Assembly: GCA_039679375.1 (NCBI GenBank)
Contig: JBDKVA010000207.1
Span: forward strand, 23,333 to 87,332
Origin: Clostridiaceae bacterium
Lineage (GTDB): Bacteria > Bacillota > Clostridia > Acetivibrionales > DTU013
Direction: 5' to 3'
Length of the DNA: 64,000 nt
The first letter of the stretch is position 1, and the number at the start of each line of letters is the position of its first letter. Under the pieces are notes generated by a model. It was not told the DNA's origin and did not search any database. It was given only the letters and a program-made list of their open reading frames with translations. A program made the position numbers and the translations under genes. Shown piece by piece: positions 1-10,267 of the stretch.

Positions 1-756
1 AAGCTTAAAGCTAATAATATTTTACCTATGGCAATGGGTAATAAAGATCCGTGGGTAGGAACACTGCCTTTCATGTTCATATTCGACAGGATCGCAGGAC
101 CTGCAAAATATGAGGAAACCTGCTTTGCGCATACCGGCAAATTTACTGAGCCCGAATATGCAAAGGCTGCGGAGGTCATGCTGGAAATAGCGAATTTGGG
201 GGCTTATCCGGATAACTTCAACACTCTGGACTACAATGAAGCAAAAGCGATGTTCACATCCGGCAAAGCCGCTATGTATCCGATGGGTACCTGGGAGCTT
301 CAGAACCTTGGAGTCGAACTGGGAGACAAGCTCGGCTTCTTCAACTTCCCCGATATCGAAGGTGGAAAGGGCAGTGCCGTTGAAGACTGGATTGCAAGCC
401 AGGATAACGCCTTCTGTGTCAGTGCAAAAGCTCCGAAGGATGAACAGGATGCTGCAATCAGGTTCCTGAAATATAACTTCTCCAAGGAAAGACTGTCGGA
501 TTATGCTAATTCAGGAGCTCTTCTTGCTCCCAGGAATTTCCCGTTGGATGAGAGCAAACTGCATCCGGCAACCGTAGAACTATACAGGCAGCTTGCAAAT
601 GTAAAACATGGCTCGATTCCCTGGGATAACCCGCTGGGGACTGTTGTAGGCAAGGAATTGAATCTTGCGACACAAAGCATCTATGCCGGTAAAAATATCA
701 ACGAAGTCTTTACAAACCTGCAGAAGATAGCCGATCAGGAATGGGCTGCCAAGTAA
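1..756 (+). CDS. Sugar ABC transporter solute-binding protein (5'-truncated by window edge)
   Basis: Frame is open from base 1 (KLKANNILPMAMGNKDPW...). Family 1 SBP features (F-x-SGKAAMY, GTW, GFFNFP). Followed by two permeases. Confidence 0.88.
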   Translation, partial: KLKANNILPMAMGNKDPWVGTLPFMFIFDRIAGPAKYEETCFAHTGKFTEPEYAKAAEVMLEIANLGAYPDNFNTLDYNEAKAMFTSGKAAMYPMGTWELQNLGVELGDKLGFFNFPDIEGGKGSAVEDWIASQDNAFCVSAKAPKDEQDAAIRFLKYNFSKERLSDYANSGALLAPRNFPLDESKLHPATVELYRQLANVKHGSIPWDNPLGTVVGKELNLATQSIYAGKNINEVFTNLQKIADQEWAAK

Positions 757-778
757 TATTGAAATGCTGTATGATGAT

Positions 779-807
779 AAGGGAAGGCTCGTGATGAGCC
801 TTCCCTT
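779..807 (+). other. Stable stem-loop after SBP gene (mRNA-stabilising or partial terminator)
   Basis: AAGGGAAGGCTC-gtgat-GAGCCTTCCCTT, a perfect 12-bp inverted repeat with no strong U-tract. Confidence 0.7.
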
Positions 808-861
808 CCTTAAAAACCGTCCTCTTAGTTTCTGCATTTAAACATAAAGGTGGAAGTTCAA

Positions 862-1764
862 ATGGAAAAAGTACTGAGCAACAAAAAAATCATACTCATG
901 TTTATTTTGCCGGCTCTCATTTTATATTGTCTCATCATTCCTTACCCGGTCATATCTTCTGTCTATTATGGCTTCACAAAGTGGAATGTAGTAGGCCAAA
1001 TGAGATTTACAGGGCCGCAGAACTATATTAGACTTTTCACTGAAGATGCTTTATTCATGAATAATATAAAAAATACATTCATATTCCTGATCGCATCGAT
1101 TCTGTTGCAGCAGCCTGCAGCGTTCTTTTTCAGTATTTTGCTTACAAAAGGCATCAAAGCGGAAAAGTTCTTCAGGAATATATATTTTATGCCAGTTGTT
1201 TTTTCAGGAGTTTCTGTTTCACTTATGTGGTATTTCATATACCATCCGGAAATAGGGATCATCAATAACATCATCCGTCTTCTTGGAATCAGGGATTTCA
1301 ATTTTGCATGGCTTGGCGAGGGAAAAACCGCTCTATTGGCGGTATGTGTAGCTTTGGCCTGGCAGTATATAGGCTACCATATGACGATATACATTTCCGG
1401 CATATCATCGATCAGCACGGATATTTTTGAAGCGGCGAGAATAGATGGAGCGAACGAATGGCAATTAATAAAGAATGTCATTTACCCGATACTCATGCCT
1501 GTCATCCAGGTCAGCATGGTATTGATCGCAACCAGTTCTTTGAAAGCTTTTGACTATATATTCATCATGACTTACGGCGGACCTGACCACGCGTCCGAGG
1601 TCATCGCATTCCATATGTATAATAAGGCATTTGTCCAGCTTGATTACGGATACGGATCTTCCATATCAACGGTACTATTAGTGCTGTGCATACTGGCTTC
1701 CGTTGTGATTTCGAAAATATTCAGAGACAGAGATGTTGATATGGTAAGTAAGGGGAGAGCTTAG
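862..1764 (+). CDS. Carbohydrate ABC transporter permease (MalF/UgpA-like)
   Basis: Hydrophobic multi-TM protein with EAA loop EAARIDGA. ATG 862 follows AAGGTGG. Confidence 0.92.
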   Translation: MEKVLSNKKIILMFILPALILYCLIIPYPVISSVYYGFTKWNVVGQMRFTGPQNYIRLFTEDALFMNNIKNTFIFLIASILLQQPAAFFFSILLTKGIKAEKFFRNIYFMPVVFSGVSVSLMWYFIYHPEIGIINNIIRLLGIRDFNFAWLGEGKTALLAVCVALAWQYIGYHMTIYISGISSISTDIFEAARIDGANEWQLIKNVIYPILMPVIQVSMVLIATSSLKAFDYIFIMTYGGPDHASEVIAFHMYNKAFVQLDYGYGSSISTVLLVLCILASVVISKIFRDRDVDMVSKGRA

Positions 1765-1765
1765 A

Positions 1766-2593
1766 ATGAAAAAACAATCAGTTTTAACGATTTTAAAATA
1801 TGTCTTTCTTTACGGGTATGCATTATTGATCATATTTCCGCTGCTGTTTATTTTAATTTCTTCGTTTAAGGATAATGAGGGGATATTTACAGATCCATGG
1901 GGGCTTCCTGCCGGTTTCCACTGGGAAACATATATGCAGCTGTTCACGAGATATGCCATGGGTATGAATTTTGTCAATAGTTTTTATTATTCAACAGCCG
2001 GATGCATATTATCGCTGCTGGTTTGCATTACAGCCGCATATGCCATATCAAGAATGAAATGGAAGTACAACAAGGCGGTCATGGGCTTTTTCCTTTTAGG
2101 GCTCATGATACCGGCCCACTCCACGATCATCCCGCTTTATATTTCAGCATTCAAGGTCGGGGTGAAGGATCCGCGGATAAGCCTTGTATTAATATTCGCA
2201 GCTTTCTCCATACCTACAACGGTATACATACTGTCCGGATTCATGAAAAGCCTGCCCAGAGAGATGGAGGAAGCTGCAATAATTGACGGATGCACCATAC
2301 CGGGAGCACTCGTGAGAATCATCATACCGCTTTTAAAGCCGGCAATCGCCACAGTTACGATTTTCACCTTCCTTGCGATATGGAATGATCTGCTTTTTAG
2401 TTTGATATTCATCAATAATGAAAAGCATAATAACCTGCAGCTGGCCATAACAAAATTTCAGGGCTCCTATGGAAGCAAATACGGAAGCTTGCTTTCCGCA
2501 ATAGTTGTTTCGATCATTCCAACCATTATCGTTTATGTGCTGCTGCAGGACAAGATCGTAAAAGGAATGACGGCAGGAGCTGTAAAAGGATAA
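1766..2593 (+). CDS. Carbohydrate ABC transporter permease (MalG/UgpE-like)
   Basis: EEAAIIDGC EAA motif, WND motif, C-terminal GMTAGAVKG. Confidence 0.92.
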   Translation: MKKQSVLTILKYVFLYGYALLIIFPLLFILISSFKDNEGIFTDPWGLPAGFHWETYMQLFTRYAMGMNFVNSFYYSTAGCILSLLVCITAAYAISRMKWKYNKAVMGFFLLGLMIPAHSTIIPLYISAFKVGVKDPRISLVLIFAAFSIPTTVYILSGFMKSLPREMEEAAIIDGCTIPGALVRIIIPLLKPAIATVTIFTFLAIWNDLLFSLIFINNEKHNNLQLAITKFQGSYGSKYGSLLSAIVVSIIPTIIVYVLLQDKIVKGMTAGAVKG

Positions 2594-2757
2594 AAACAGA
2601 ACAGGACATACATCCCTCCATTTTTTCGTAAAAATATTTACCCTTTTGGAAAAACCAATGAATTCCACATGACAGGACAATATTCTATGATGAGGGTAAG
2701 GTTAAGGTGTACGGTCCATATAGTTACACCTAACAAAAATTACTAAGGGGGATGTAT

Positions 2758-4161
2758 ATGAAAAAATGGTTAAGAAAAGCAGTCAGGCTCATGGCTGTTT
2801 TAACGGTTCTGGCATTGATCACTGCCTTGGCTGCATGCGGAAATGCTGCGGAAACCCAGGTTGAAAATGAAAGCAAGGCCACTGCTGCTCCGGCGGTCAG
2901 CCCGGCTGCGGCTCCTGCCAAGGAAGAGGCCAAGCCGGTCAATCTGCGCATGATTACATGGATTCAGCAAACCAATCAGGATGCGATCGATGCACTGAAC
3001 AAATCCTTTTCGGCAAAATATCCAAATGTAAAGATTACGGTTGATACTGCTCCTCCGAATGATTATCCGACTCTTTTACAGACAAGGATCGCAGCACAGG
3101 ATGTGGATATCGTGACCAATATTTCAGCATTTGACACACTTCCTCAGGATTTCACAAAGGGCTGCGATGATCCGGCATGGCTGACCTTCATCAAGTCCGG
3201 TGCATACCTGGATATTACGGATCAGGCTTTCATAAAAAATTGGGATCCGAATATGATCAAAAATGCCGTCTCATATGGCGGAAAAGTCTACGGCCTTGAT
3301 ATGGGCGCCGTAGGATACAACGGAATGTTCTATAATAAGAAAATGTTTGAAGAAAATGGCCTTAAAGAGCCTGGTACCTGGGCTGACTTCGAAAATGCCT
3401 GCAATACACTAAAGGCGAAAGGCATCAATCCGATCACCGTAGGCGCCAAAGATTCATGGCCGCTTACCTCGGTTGGCATAAGTGGTGTTGTGGGATGCTG
3501 TGAGGCGGATTTTACCGCATTTGCAAAAGGCCTCTGGACAGGTGCAAGGAAATTGAACGACGCACAGTCCATGAAGATATGGAACAGGCTTGAACAGGTC
3601 ATCTCCTGGCTGGAACCCAATATAATGGCTATTTCGTACAGCGACGCACCCGGAAGATTTGTCGCGGGCAAGGCGGCAATGATGATCGATGGCACCTGGA
3701 ACTCAGGTACGATATCCGGCCTGGACGCCAATTTTAAATTCGGATATTTCCCGTTCCCCGGTGACACCGATGCAAAGCCGAACCAGCTGCAAGGCAAATA
3801 TGACATGCAGTTCAATATCTATTCAAAAACGTCCTATAAGGATATATGTCTGCAATGGATGGATTTCCTTTCTCAAAAGGAAAATTACACTCCATTTGTG
3901 AGCAAGCTCGGATTTTTCCCGACAATGCCGGGTGTACAATCCAGCAGTGAATTCGTAAATTCCATGGCTGATAAAAATAAAAATTTCATGCCTGCATGGG
4001 AAAAGAACATCATTCCACCAAAAGGCGCAGGGCAATATGCTTCGGGACAATGCTTCAACATCAACCTTCTCAAGGCATTGGGCGGTAATGTAGAGAATGC
4101 AAAAGCACTTGCCGACCTTGCCCAGAGTGACTGGGACACAGCACTGGCGGCCGTGAAATAA
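2758..4161 (+). CDS. Sugar ABC transporter solute-binding lipoprotein
   Basis: Lipoprotein signal with lipobox LAAC, Ala/Pro linker, motifs YNKKMF and GKAAMMIDGTW. RBS AAGGGGG. Confidence 0.9.
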   Translation: MKKWLRKAVRLMAVLTVLALITALAACGNAAETQVENESKATAAPAVSPAAAPAKEEAKPVNLRMITWIQQTNQDAIDALNKSFSAKYPNVKITVDTAPPNDYPTLLQTRIAAQDVDIVTNISAFDTLPQDFTKGCDDPAWLTFIKSGAYLDITDQAFIKNWDPNMIKNAVSYGGKVYGLDMGAVGYNGMFYNKKMFEENGLKEPGTWADFENACNTLKAKGINPITVGAKDSWPLTSVGISGVVGCCEADFTAFAKGLWTGARKLNDAQSMKIWNRLEQVISWLEPNIMAISYSDAPGRFVAGKAAMMIDGTWNSGTISGLDANFKFGYFPFPGDTDAKPNQLQGKYDMQFNIYSKTSYKDICLQWMDFLSQKENYTPFVSKLGFFPTMPGVQSSSEFVNSMADKNKNFMPAWEKNIIPPKGAGQYASGQCFNINLLKALGGNVENAKALADLAQSDWDTALAAVK

Positions 4162-4182
4162 CCGCAGAATAAAAGGTATCGA

Positions 4183-4226
4183 AGCCAAATTCCCGTACCG
4201 TCAGAAAGCGGTATGGGAATTCGGCT
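4183..4226 (+). other. Stem-loop after second SBP gene
   Basis: AGCCAAATTCCCGTACCG-tcagaaag-CGGTATGGGAATTCGGCT, about 18 bp imperfect stem, no U-tract. Confidence 0.7.
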
Positions 4227-4276
4227 GCAGATACGCTGTATTGCTTTTCACTCTAAAAAATAAAGGATGATCGATC

Positions 4277-5194
4277 ATGCATACCGGAAAAATTTGTTTC
4301 AACATACGTTCCATGCTTTTGGGAATGCTGCCCGCTGTTTTGCTTTATGTTGCAATGGGACTCGGACCCTCCATCGCCACCTTCATTTTGTCCTTCACCG
4401 ATATCAGCGGTATTGCCGGAGTTCCGTGGAAATTCATCGGGCTTGCCAACTATAAGGAATTTTTCGTTCAACAAAACCAGCGGGATTTATTGCAGGTTAT
4501 CAAAAATACGGTCGAGTTTTGCATCCTTGTTACGGTAATTCAAAATGCAGTTGCTCTGGCTATTGCTATTGTACTGAATAAAAAGGATTTGAAGCGCAGG
4601 AATTTTTACCGTGCTGTTATTTTCCTCCCTGTCGTTTTGGGCGCGCTGGTCACATCACTCACCTGGCTTACTGTACTGAATCCGCTGGGTGGCCCGGCAG
4701 AAAGCCTGCTGAGGATATTCGGCATGAGCAGCGGTTTCTTTACTGCAAACAGACAGGCACTTGAATGGACAATATTCTGCCAGATATGGATGGCAATGGG
4801 CTATTCAATGGTGATCAACCTGGCAGGCCTGCAGTCGATACCGACAGAGCTCTATGAAGCGGGGGAAATTGACGGGGCTTCGAAATGGAACGTTTTCCGG
4901 TACATTACGTTTCCTATGCTCTGGCCTACCATTAATGTGAATCTGGTGCTGGCAGTGATCGGTTCGCTGCAATCATTCCAGATCATTCTATTCACGACCG
5001 GCGGAAAGAATATGTTCACGCAGACAATGGCTGCAAGAGTCATGTTCTATGGCTTCAACATTAACGCAGGTTCGGGAGCCGTGGCGTTAAGGCAGGGCTT
5101 TGGCGCTACATGGGCTATGGTGTTGTTTGTGTTCATACTGTCTTTTACTCTGTTATACCAACGTTTAATGAAAGGGAGGAATTCAGAGATATGA
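4277..5194 (+). CDS. Carbohydrate ABC transporter permease
   Basis: Multi-TM protein with LYEAGEIDGAS EAA loop. Confidence 0.92.
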   Translation: MHTGKICFNIRSMLLGMLPAVLLYVAMGLGPSIATFILSFTDISGIAGVPWKFIGLANYKEFFVQQNQRDLLQVIKNTVEFCILVTVIQNAVALAIAIVLNKKDLKRRNFYRAVIFLPVVLGALVTSLTWLTVLNPLGGPAESLLRIFGMSSGFFTANRQALEWTIFCQIWMAMGYSMVINLAGLQSIPTELYEAGEIDGASKWNVFRYITFPMLWPTINVNLVLAVIGSLQSFQIILFTTGGKNMFTQTMAARVMFYGFNINAGSGAVALRQGFGATWAMVLFVFILSFTLLYQRLMKGRNSEI

Positions 5195-6009
5195 AAAATG
5201 GCATTGCTATGAAAATATTAATCTTTGCATTTATCGCAGTGCTGATGATACTTTATATCTTCCCTCTCTTATATGCACTGAACATTTCTCTCATGTCAAA
5301 GCTTGACTATATGAATAATCCCTCGTCTTTATTAAAATCAGTACATTTTTCCAATTATGTTACGGCGTTTAAAAAAGCGAATTTCGGCGCTTATATTGGA
5401 AATAGTGTTTTTTACCTGGCCGTATGCACTGTGGCATCCATATTGATGGCTGTATTTCTTGCCTTTCCGGTCTCAAGGTCTTATTTTAAGCTGACAGGTT
5501 TCATCTATGCGCTGTTTTTAGCAGGAATGTTCCTACCGGATGGAACCATACCGCAGTTCCAGTTTATATTAAAGCTTCATCTTTACAACACCCGTCTGGG
5601 CTACATGCTGGGACTTATGGGCGGAGGCGGAATACCGCTGTTTTTCTTTACGGCGTACATCAAAAATATTCCGAAGGAATTCGATGAGGCGGCTTCCATC
5701 GATGGATGCGGCTATTTCAGGTATGTTTTTCAGATGCTGATACCGATGATAAAGCCTGCTATTGCTTCCATGGCGGTTTTATCAGCTGTGAATGTGTGGA
5801 ATGATATTATCAGGGCCATGATTTATCTGTCGACACCTGCCTATTATCCGGTTTCGAGAGGACTTTGGGCATTCCAGGGACAGTACCAGGTGGATACGAC
5901 GCTGCAAATGGCCGCTCTTATTATGATTGCAGCGCCGATCGTCATTCTTTATATTTTCCTGCAGCGTTACATTATTGACGGTGTTGTGGCAGGGGCGATC
6001 AAGGCATAG
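5191..6009 (+). CDS. Carbohydrate ABC transporter permease
   Basis: DEAASIDGC and WND motifs, C-terminal GVVAGAIKA. ATG 5191 overlaps the upstream stop (ATGA) and follows GGGAGG. Confidence 0.92.
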   Translation: MKNGIAMKILIFAFIAVLMILYIFPLLYALNISLMSKLDYMNNPSSLLKSVHFSNYVTAFKKANFGAYIGNSVFYLAVCTVASILMAVFLAFPVSRSYFKLTGFIYALFLAGMFLPDGTIPQFQFILKLHLYNTRLGYMLGLMGGGGIPLFFFTAYIKNIPKEFDEAASIDGCGYFRYVFQMLIPMIKPAIASMAVLSAVNVWNDIIRAMIYLSTPAYYPVSRGLWAFQGQYQVDTTLQMAALIMIAAPIVILYIFLQRYIIDGVVAGAIKA

Positions 6010-6130
6010 CGCCGGATACTTTAAAAATATATATTTATTACACTTCCTTGGAAGTATACGGTATAATGAATTGTATATATAAATATATTAGCCATGCTTG
6101 CGGTAGATTAGTCCGGATCGGAGGGGTGGA

Positions 6131-7483
6131 ATGAGAAGTGTTTTCCAAAAAAGGATGGTTGTCATTCCCGTCGTATTGCTGATGATTGCTATAACGGCAT
6201 GCAGCAGCTCTATACCGGCAATTTTCGATAAGGATGCCGGAAATATGGCTGAAAACAGTAACGTCCAAACCCGGGACGGGCAGATAACACTTAAGCTATG
6301 GCATTTATGGGTGACGGATGCGGACTCCAATAAAAAACCCTTCTTAAAGGTGATAAATGAATGGAATGCTGCAAATCCCCATATTCAAATTGAGGCAGAA
6401 GCAACTGAAAATGAGATTTACAAGAACAGGATCAAGACAGCTATTGCCGTTAATGAGGCGCCGGACATTTTCTATTCCTGGGGAGCGGGTTTTGCAAAAC
6501 CGTTTGTTGACGCCGGTAAAGTTTTGCCTCTTGACAGGTATTTGAATGATGGCACAAAAGATAAGCTGATTCCGGGCAGTCTGGACAATTTCACTTACGA
6601 CGGCAAGGTATACGGGCTTCCCATTTTTATTATCGCAGGGGTTTTCTACTGCAACAAAGAGTTGTTTGACAAATATGGCATCAAAATACCTGATAGCTTC
6701 AACGAATTGACAGACGCGGTAAAAGCATTCAAGGAGAAGGGCATTGTTCCGATGGCTGTAGGTGAAAAGGACGGCTGGACGGGAATGTTCTATCAGAATA
6801 TCCTGGCAATCAGAACAGCAGGAATCAATATGTGCAATCAAGCGCTGAGCAAGCAGGCATCCTTTGACAGGCCAGAATTTGCCGAATCTGCGCAAAGGCT
6901 TGTCGAGCTGATCAAAGCCGGTGCGTTTGACAGCCGGTGCATGAGTATGACAAGGGATGAAGCCGAGGAAAATTTCAAAAATGGAAAATGCGCCATGTAT
7001 TATAATGGAAGCTGGGTTGCCGGCTCACTTGATGAAGACGGCTGTCCGGTAAAAGATAAAATCATTGTTAAAAACTTTCCCGTACTGGAAAATGCCAAAG
7101 GAGATTCAAATGGCTTCCTCGGAGGGGCTATCGACACATTTATGATAAATGCCGATACGAAATATAAGGATGAAGCGGTAAAAGCCCTGAAAACGATAGA
7201 TGAGAATTTCAGCAGGGAAAGCTACCTTGCAGGCGCAAGCCAACCGGCCTGGAATGTTTCCATGGATGAGACCCGGATCAGCCCGCTGGCGGCAGAGGTA
7301 TCGAAGCTTTTAAAAAGCAGCACCGGATTTGTGCTGGCATGGGATACGTTTTTGCCCGGGCTGGAGGCACAGGCACATATCAATCTCGTTACGGATATTT
7401 TCGCCGGAAGGCGCATACCTGAAGATTTCACACGTGAAATGCAAAAACTGAACGAGACTGCAGCTGCTACTGCAGAAAATTGA
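6131..7483 (+). CDS. Solute-binding lipoprotein without adjacent permeases (possible sensory SBP)
   Basis: Lipobox ITAC, motifs APDIFYSW and GKVYGLP. RBS GGAGGGG, TATAAT at 6062-6067. Confidence 0.88.
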   Translation: MRSVFQKRMVVIPVVLLMIAITACSSSIPAIFDKDAGNMAENSNVQTRDGQITLKLWHLWVTDADSNKKPFLKVINEWNAANPHIQIEAEATENEIYKNRIKTAIAVNEAPDIFYSWGAGFAKPFVDAGKVLPLDRYLNDGTKDKLIPGSLDNFTYDGKVYGLPIFIIAGVFYCNKELFDKYGIKIPDSFNELTDAVKAFKEKGIVPMAVGEKDGWTGMFYQNILAIRTAGINMCNQALSKQASFDRPEFAESAQRLVELIKAGAFDSRCMSMTRDEAEENFKNGKCAMYYNGSWVAGSLDEDGCPVKDKIIVKNFPVLENAKGDSNGFLGGAIDTFMINADTKYKDEAVKALKTIDENFSRESYLAGASQPAWNVSMDETRISPLAAEVSKLLKSSTGFVLAWDTFLPGLEAQAHINLVTDIFAGRRIPEDFTREMQKLNETAAATAEN

Positions 7484-7498
7484 CAAGAGGTCTTTAAA

Positions 7499-10243
7499 AT
7501 GAAACAGGACTTTGGAAGCAGATTTGAATTTCTGGATCAAAACGGAACATTCCGTTTTATGAACCCTTTCAACATACATGAGCTTTATTTACCGCTTTGC
7601 AACGAAGCTGGCCTGATGTCCTCCGTCACACCTGCGCTTCATGGGGATATCAAAACGGATCAGCATCATTTTATCATGCAGCCCGTAACGATCGAAGACC
7701 TTCATAATTCAAAAGCTTCAAGGAATTTCTGGTTCCATGTCCACGGAGAGGGAGCATGGTCTGCTGCAGGAAATTCAGCGCGGCAGAATTCTTTAATATA
7801 TGATGGGAGCTATGAAATAACGAGGACGGTTGAAGCGGGTTTGCTCTGGCATAAGCTGACCTATCACGACAGCAGCAGTGCTTTAACATCGGAAATTCTA
7901 AGCTTTGTACCTGTTAATGAAGACAGGGTGGAAGTCATGTATGTCACGGTAATCAACAGCGGCAGCAAAGATGTCTGTGTCACCCCCACCTCGGCTATTC
8001 CGCTGTATGGAAGGTCAGCCGACAATGTCCGGGATCACCGGCATGTGACTTCTTTGGTCAACCGCATCGGTCTGCACCGCTATGGAGTATCCATGAAGCC
8101 GGTGATTGTCTTTGATGAGCGTGGTCACAGGTATAACCATACGATTTTCTTTGTTTTTGGATGTGAACAGGACGGGACGCTTCCGGTTGGCAGCATACCA
8201 TCCGCTCACGATTTCATTGGGAAAGCGGGAAGTTATGACTGGCCGGAAGCAGTCGCCGGAAATGCGGGCTTACAGGAGTATGCCGGCGAGCAGCTTAACG
8301 GCAGGGAGTGCGTAGGAGCGCTGCGGTTCAGAGATGCCGTACTGTCACCGGGAGATCAGAAGGATTACATCATCCTGATCGGGACATGTGATGATTCCGC
8401 CAATACGGATACTGTTTTTGAACGTTACAATACCAAAGATAAAGTAATGAAATTACTTCAGGCGAATAAGGATCACTGGAACAGTATTGCAAATAGCACT
8501 ACATACGGATCAGGCCTGAAGGATTTCTCAAACTGGATGAAATGGGTGAATATCCAGCCTGTACTAAGAAAAATATACGGCTGCTCCTTTTTACCGCACC
8601 ATGATTATGGAAAAGGAGGCCGGGGATGGCGCGATCTGTGGCAGGATTGCCTGTCGCTGATCATTGGTGATCCGGATGGAGTAAGGGATCTGCTGATCAC
8701 CAATTTCGGCGGGGTCAGGGTGGATGGTACAAACGCAACGATCATTGGTACAAAAACAGGTGAATTTGTTGCAGACAGGAATAATATCGCAAGGGTTTGG
8801 ATGGATCACGGCTGCTGGCCTTATATCACAACAAAGCTTTACATTGACCAGAGCGGCGACTTTTCAATTCTGCTGGAGAGGCAGCCCTACTTCAGGGATT
8901 CACTGGTAATGAGGGCAGCGCAAAGGGATGTCCTGTGGAAAGACAGCCAGGGATTAAATTTGAAGACAAAAGATGGGGGAATTTATCAGGGGACGGTCCT
9001 GGAGCATTTGCTGGTGCAGCATTTATGCGCGTTTTTTAATGTTGGCGGACACAACATGATCAGGCTTGAAGGCGCAGACTGGAACGATACGCTCGATATG
9101 GCGCGGGAACATGGGGAAAGCGTGGCGTTCTCCGCTTTGTACGCCGGCAACCTGATCAGCCTGTGGGGGCTGCTGCTTAAGATGAAAGAAGAGCTTGGAA
9201 TCGACCGTATAGAGGTGTTCCAAGAGCTAAAGCTCCTGTTGGATTCTATTTCGGGAGAAACACAATACAATAAGCCTGAATATAAGATATCGCAGCTTGC
9301 CGCCTATCTGGAAGCGGTAAACACAAGTATAGCGGGGACAAAAGCTTTTGTCGAAATTGCAGATCTTTCAAGAGACCTGAGGGTAAAGGGCGAATGGTTA
9401 AACAAGCGTATCCGGGAGTATGAATGGATCAGGACCGCAAGCGGGGATGGCTTCTTCAATGGTTATTACAATAATGAAGGGCAGAGAGTGGACGGGGAGC
9501 ATGAAGGTGAAGTGATCATGAATCTTACTGCCCAGGTTTTCACAGCGATGTACGGCCTGGCAACGGATGAGCAGGTTGCCGCGGGTTACCAGTCGTGCCG
9601 CAGGTATCTGAAGGATGCTTCAACGGGCGGGTATAGGCTGAATACGGACCTCGGGAGCAACAGGCTCAACTTCGGAAGATGCTTTTCATTCGCCTATGGA
9701 GAAAAAGAAAATGGCTCTGTCTTCTGTCATATGGTTGTTATTTATTCTTACGCTTTATATAAAAGAGGTTTTGTTCATGAAGCTTATGAAGTTTTCAGGT
9801 CTTTATACGACCTTTCCTCCGATGTTGAAAAAAGTGGCATTTATCCGGGAATCCCCGAGTATTTCAATCTCAGCGGCAAAGGCATGTACCATTACCTTAC
9901 CGGGTCAGCCAGCTGGACGTCTCTTCTTGTGCTTACAGAAATGTACGGGGTAAGGGGAGAATATGGTGAGTTAGTGATCGAGCCAAAGTTAATGGCCGAA
10001 CAGTTCGATCATGATGGTCGAGCACTTGTATCGGCATGGTTTGCAGGCAGAAAAGTAAATGTTAAATATCAAAACAGCAAAAGGCTGGATTATTTAGATT
10101 ACATGATTGCAAAGGCAGCAGTGAACGGGATTGACATTTCCGGAATGATCCGTGACGGCGTCGTCCGTATACCAAAAGACATTGGCAGGGCGGAAACGAA
10201 CCAGGGAAAAGCAGATCTGGATATCGTGCTGGAACTGGGATAG
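7499..10243 (+). CDS. GH94 glycoside phosphorylase, laminaribiose phosphorylase-like
   Basis: 914 aa with GH94 motifs GRGWRDLWQD, ADWND, KENG and YLTGSASW. Blocks such as LHNSKASRNFW, RDHRHVTSL and GEFVADRNNI match the Paenibacillus laminaribiose phosphorylase as I recall it. Confidence 0.82.
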   Translation: MKQDFGSRFEFLDQNGTFRFMNPFNIHELYLPLCNEAGLMSSVTPALHGDIKTDQHHFIMQPVTIEDLHNSKASRNFWFHVHGEGAWSAAGNSARQNSLIYDGSYEITRTVEAGLLWHKLTYHDSSSALTSEILSFVPVNEDRVEVMYVTVINSGSKDVCVTPTSAIPLYGRSADNVRDHRHVTSLVNRIGLHRYGVSMKPVIVFDERGHRYNHTIFFVFGCEQDGTLPVGSIPSAHDFIGKAGSYDWPEAVAGNAGLQEYAGEQLNGRECVGALRFRDAVLSPGDQKDYIILIGTCDDSANTDTVFERYNTKDKVMKLLQANKDHWNSIANSTTYGSGLKDFSNWMKWVNIQPVLRKIYGCSFLPHHDYGKGGRGWRDLWQDCLSLIIGDPDGVRDLLITNFGGVRVDGTNATIIGTKTGEFVADRNNIARVWMDHGCWPYITTKLYIDQSGDFSILLERQPYFRDSLVMRAAQRDVLWKDSQGLNLKTKDGGIYQGTVLEHLLVQHLCAFFNVGGHNMIRLEGADWNDTLDMAREHGESVAFSALYAGNLISLWGLLLKMKEELGIDRIEVFQELKLLLDSISGETQYNKPEYKISQLAAYLEAVNTSIAGTKAFVEIADLSRDLRVKGEWLNKRIREYEWIRTASGDGFFNGYYNNEGQRVDGEHEGEVIMNLTAQVFTAMYGLATDEQVAAGYQSCRRYLKDASTGGYRLNTDLGSNRLNFGRCFSFAYGEKENGSVFCHMVVIYSYALYKRGFVHEAYEVFRSLYDLSSDVEKSGIYPGIPEYFNLSGKGMYHYLTGSASWTSLLVLTEMYGVRGEYGELVIEPKLMAEQFDHDGRALVSAWFAGRKVNVKYQNSKRLDYLDYMIAKAAVNGIDISGMIRDGVVRIPKDIGRAETNQGKADLDIVLELG

Positions 10244-10267
10244 TGTAAAAAGGGAAGTGAGTGCAGG

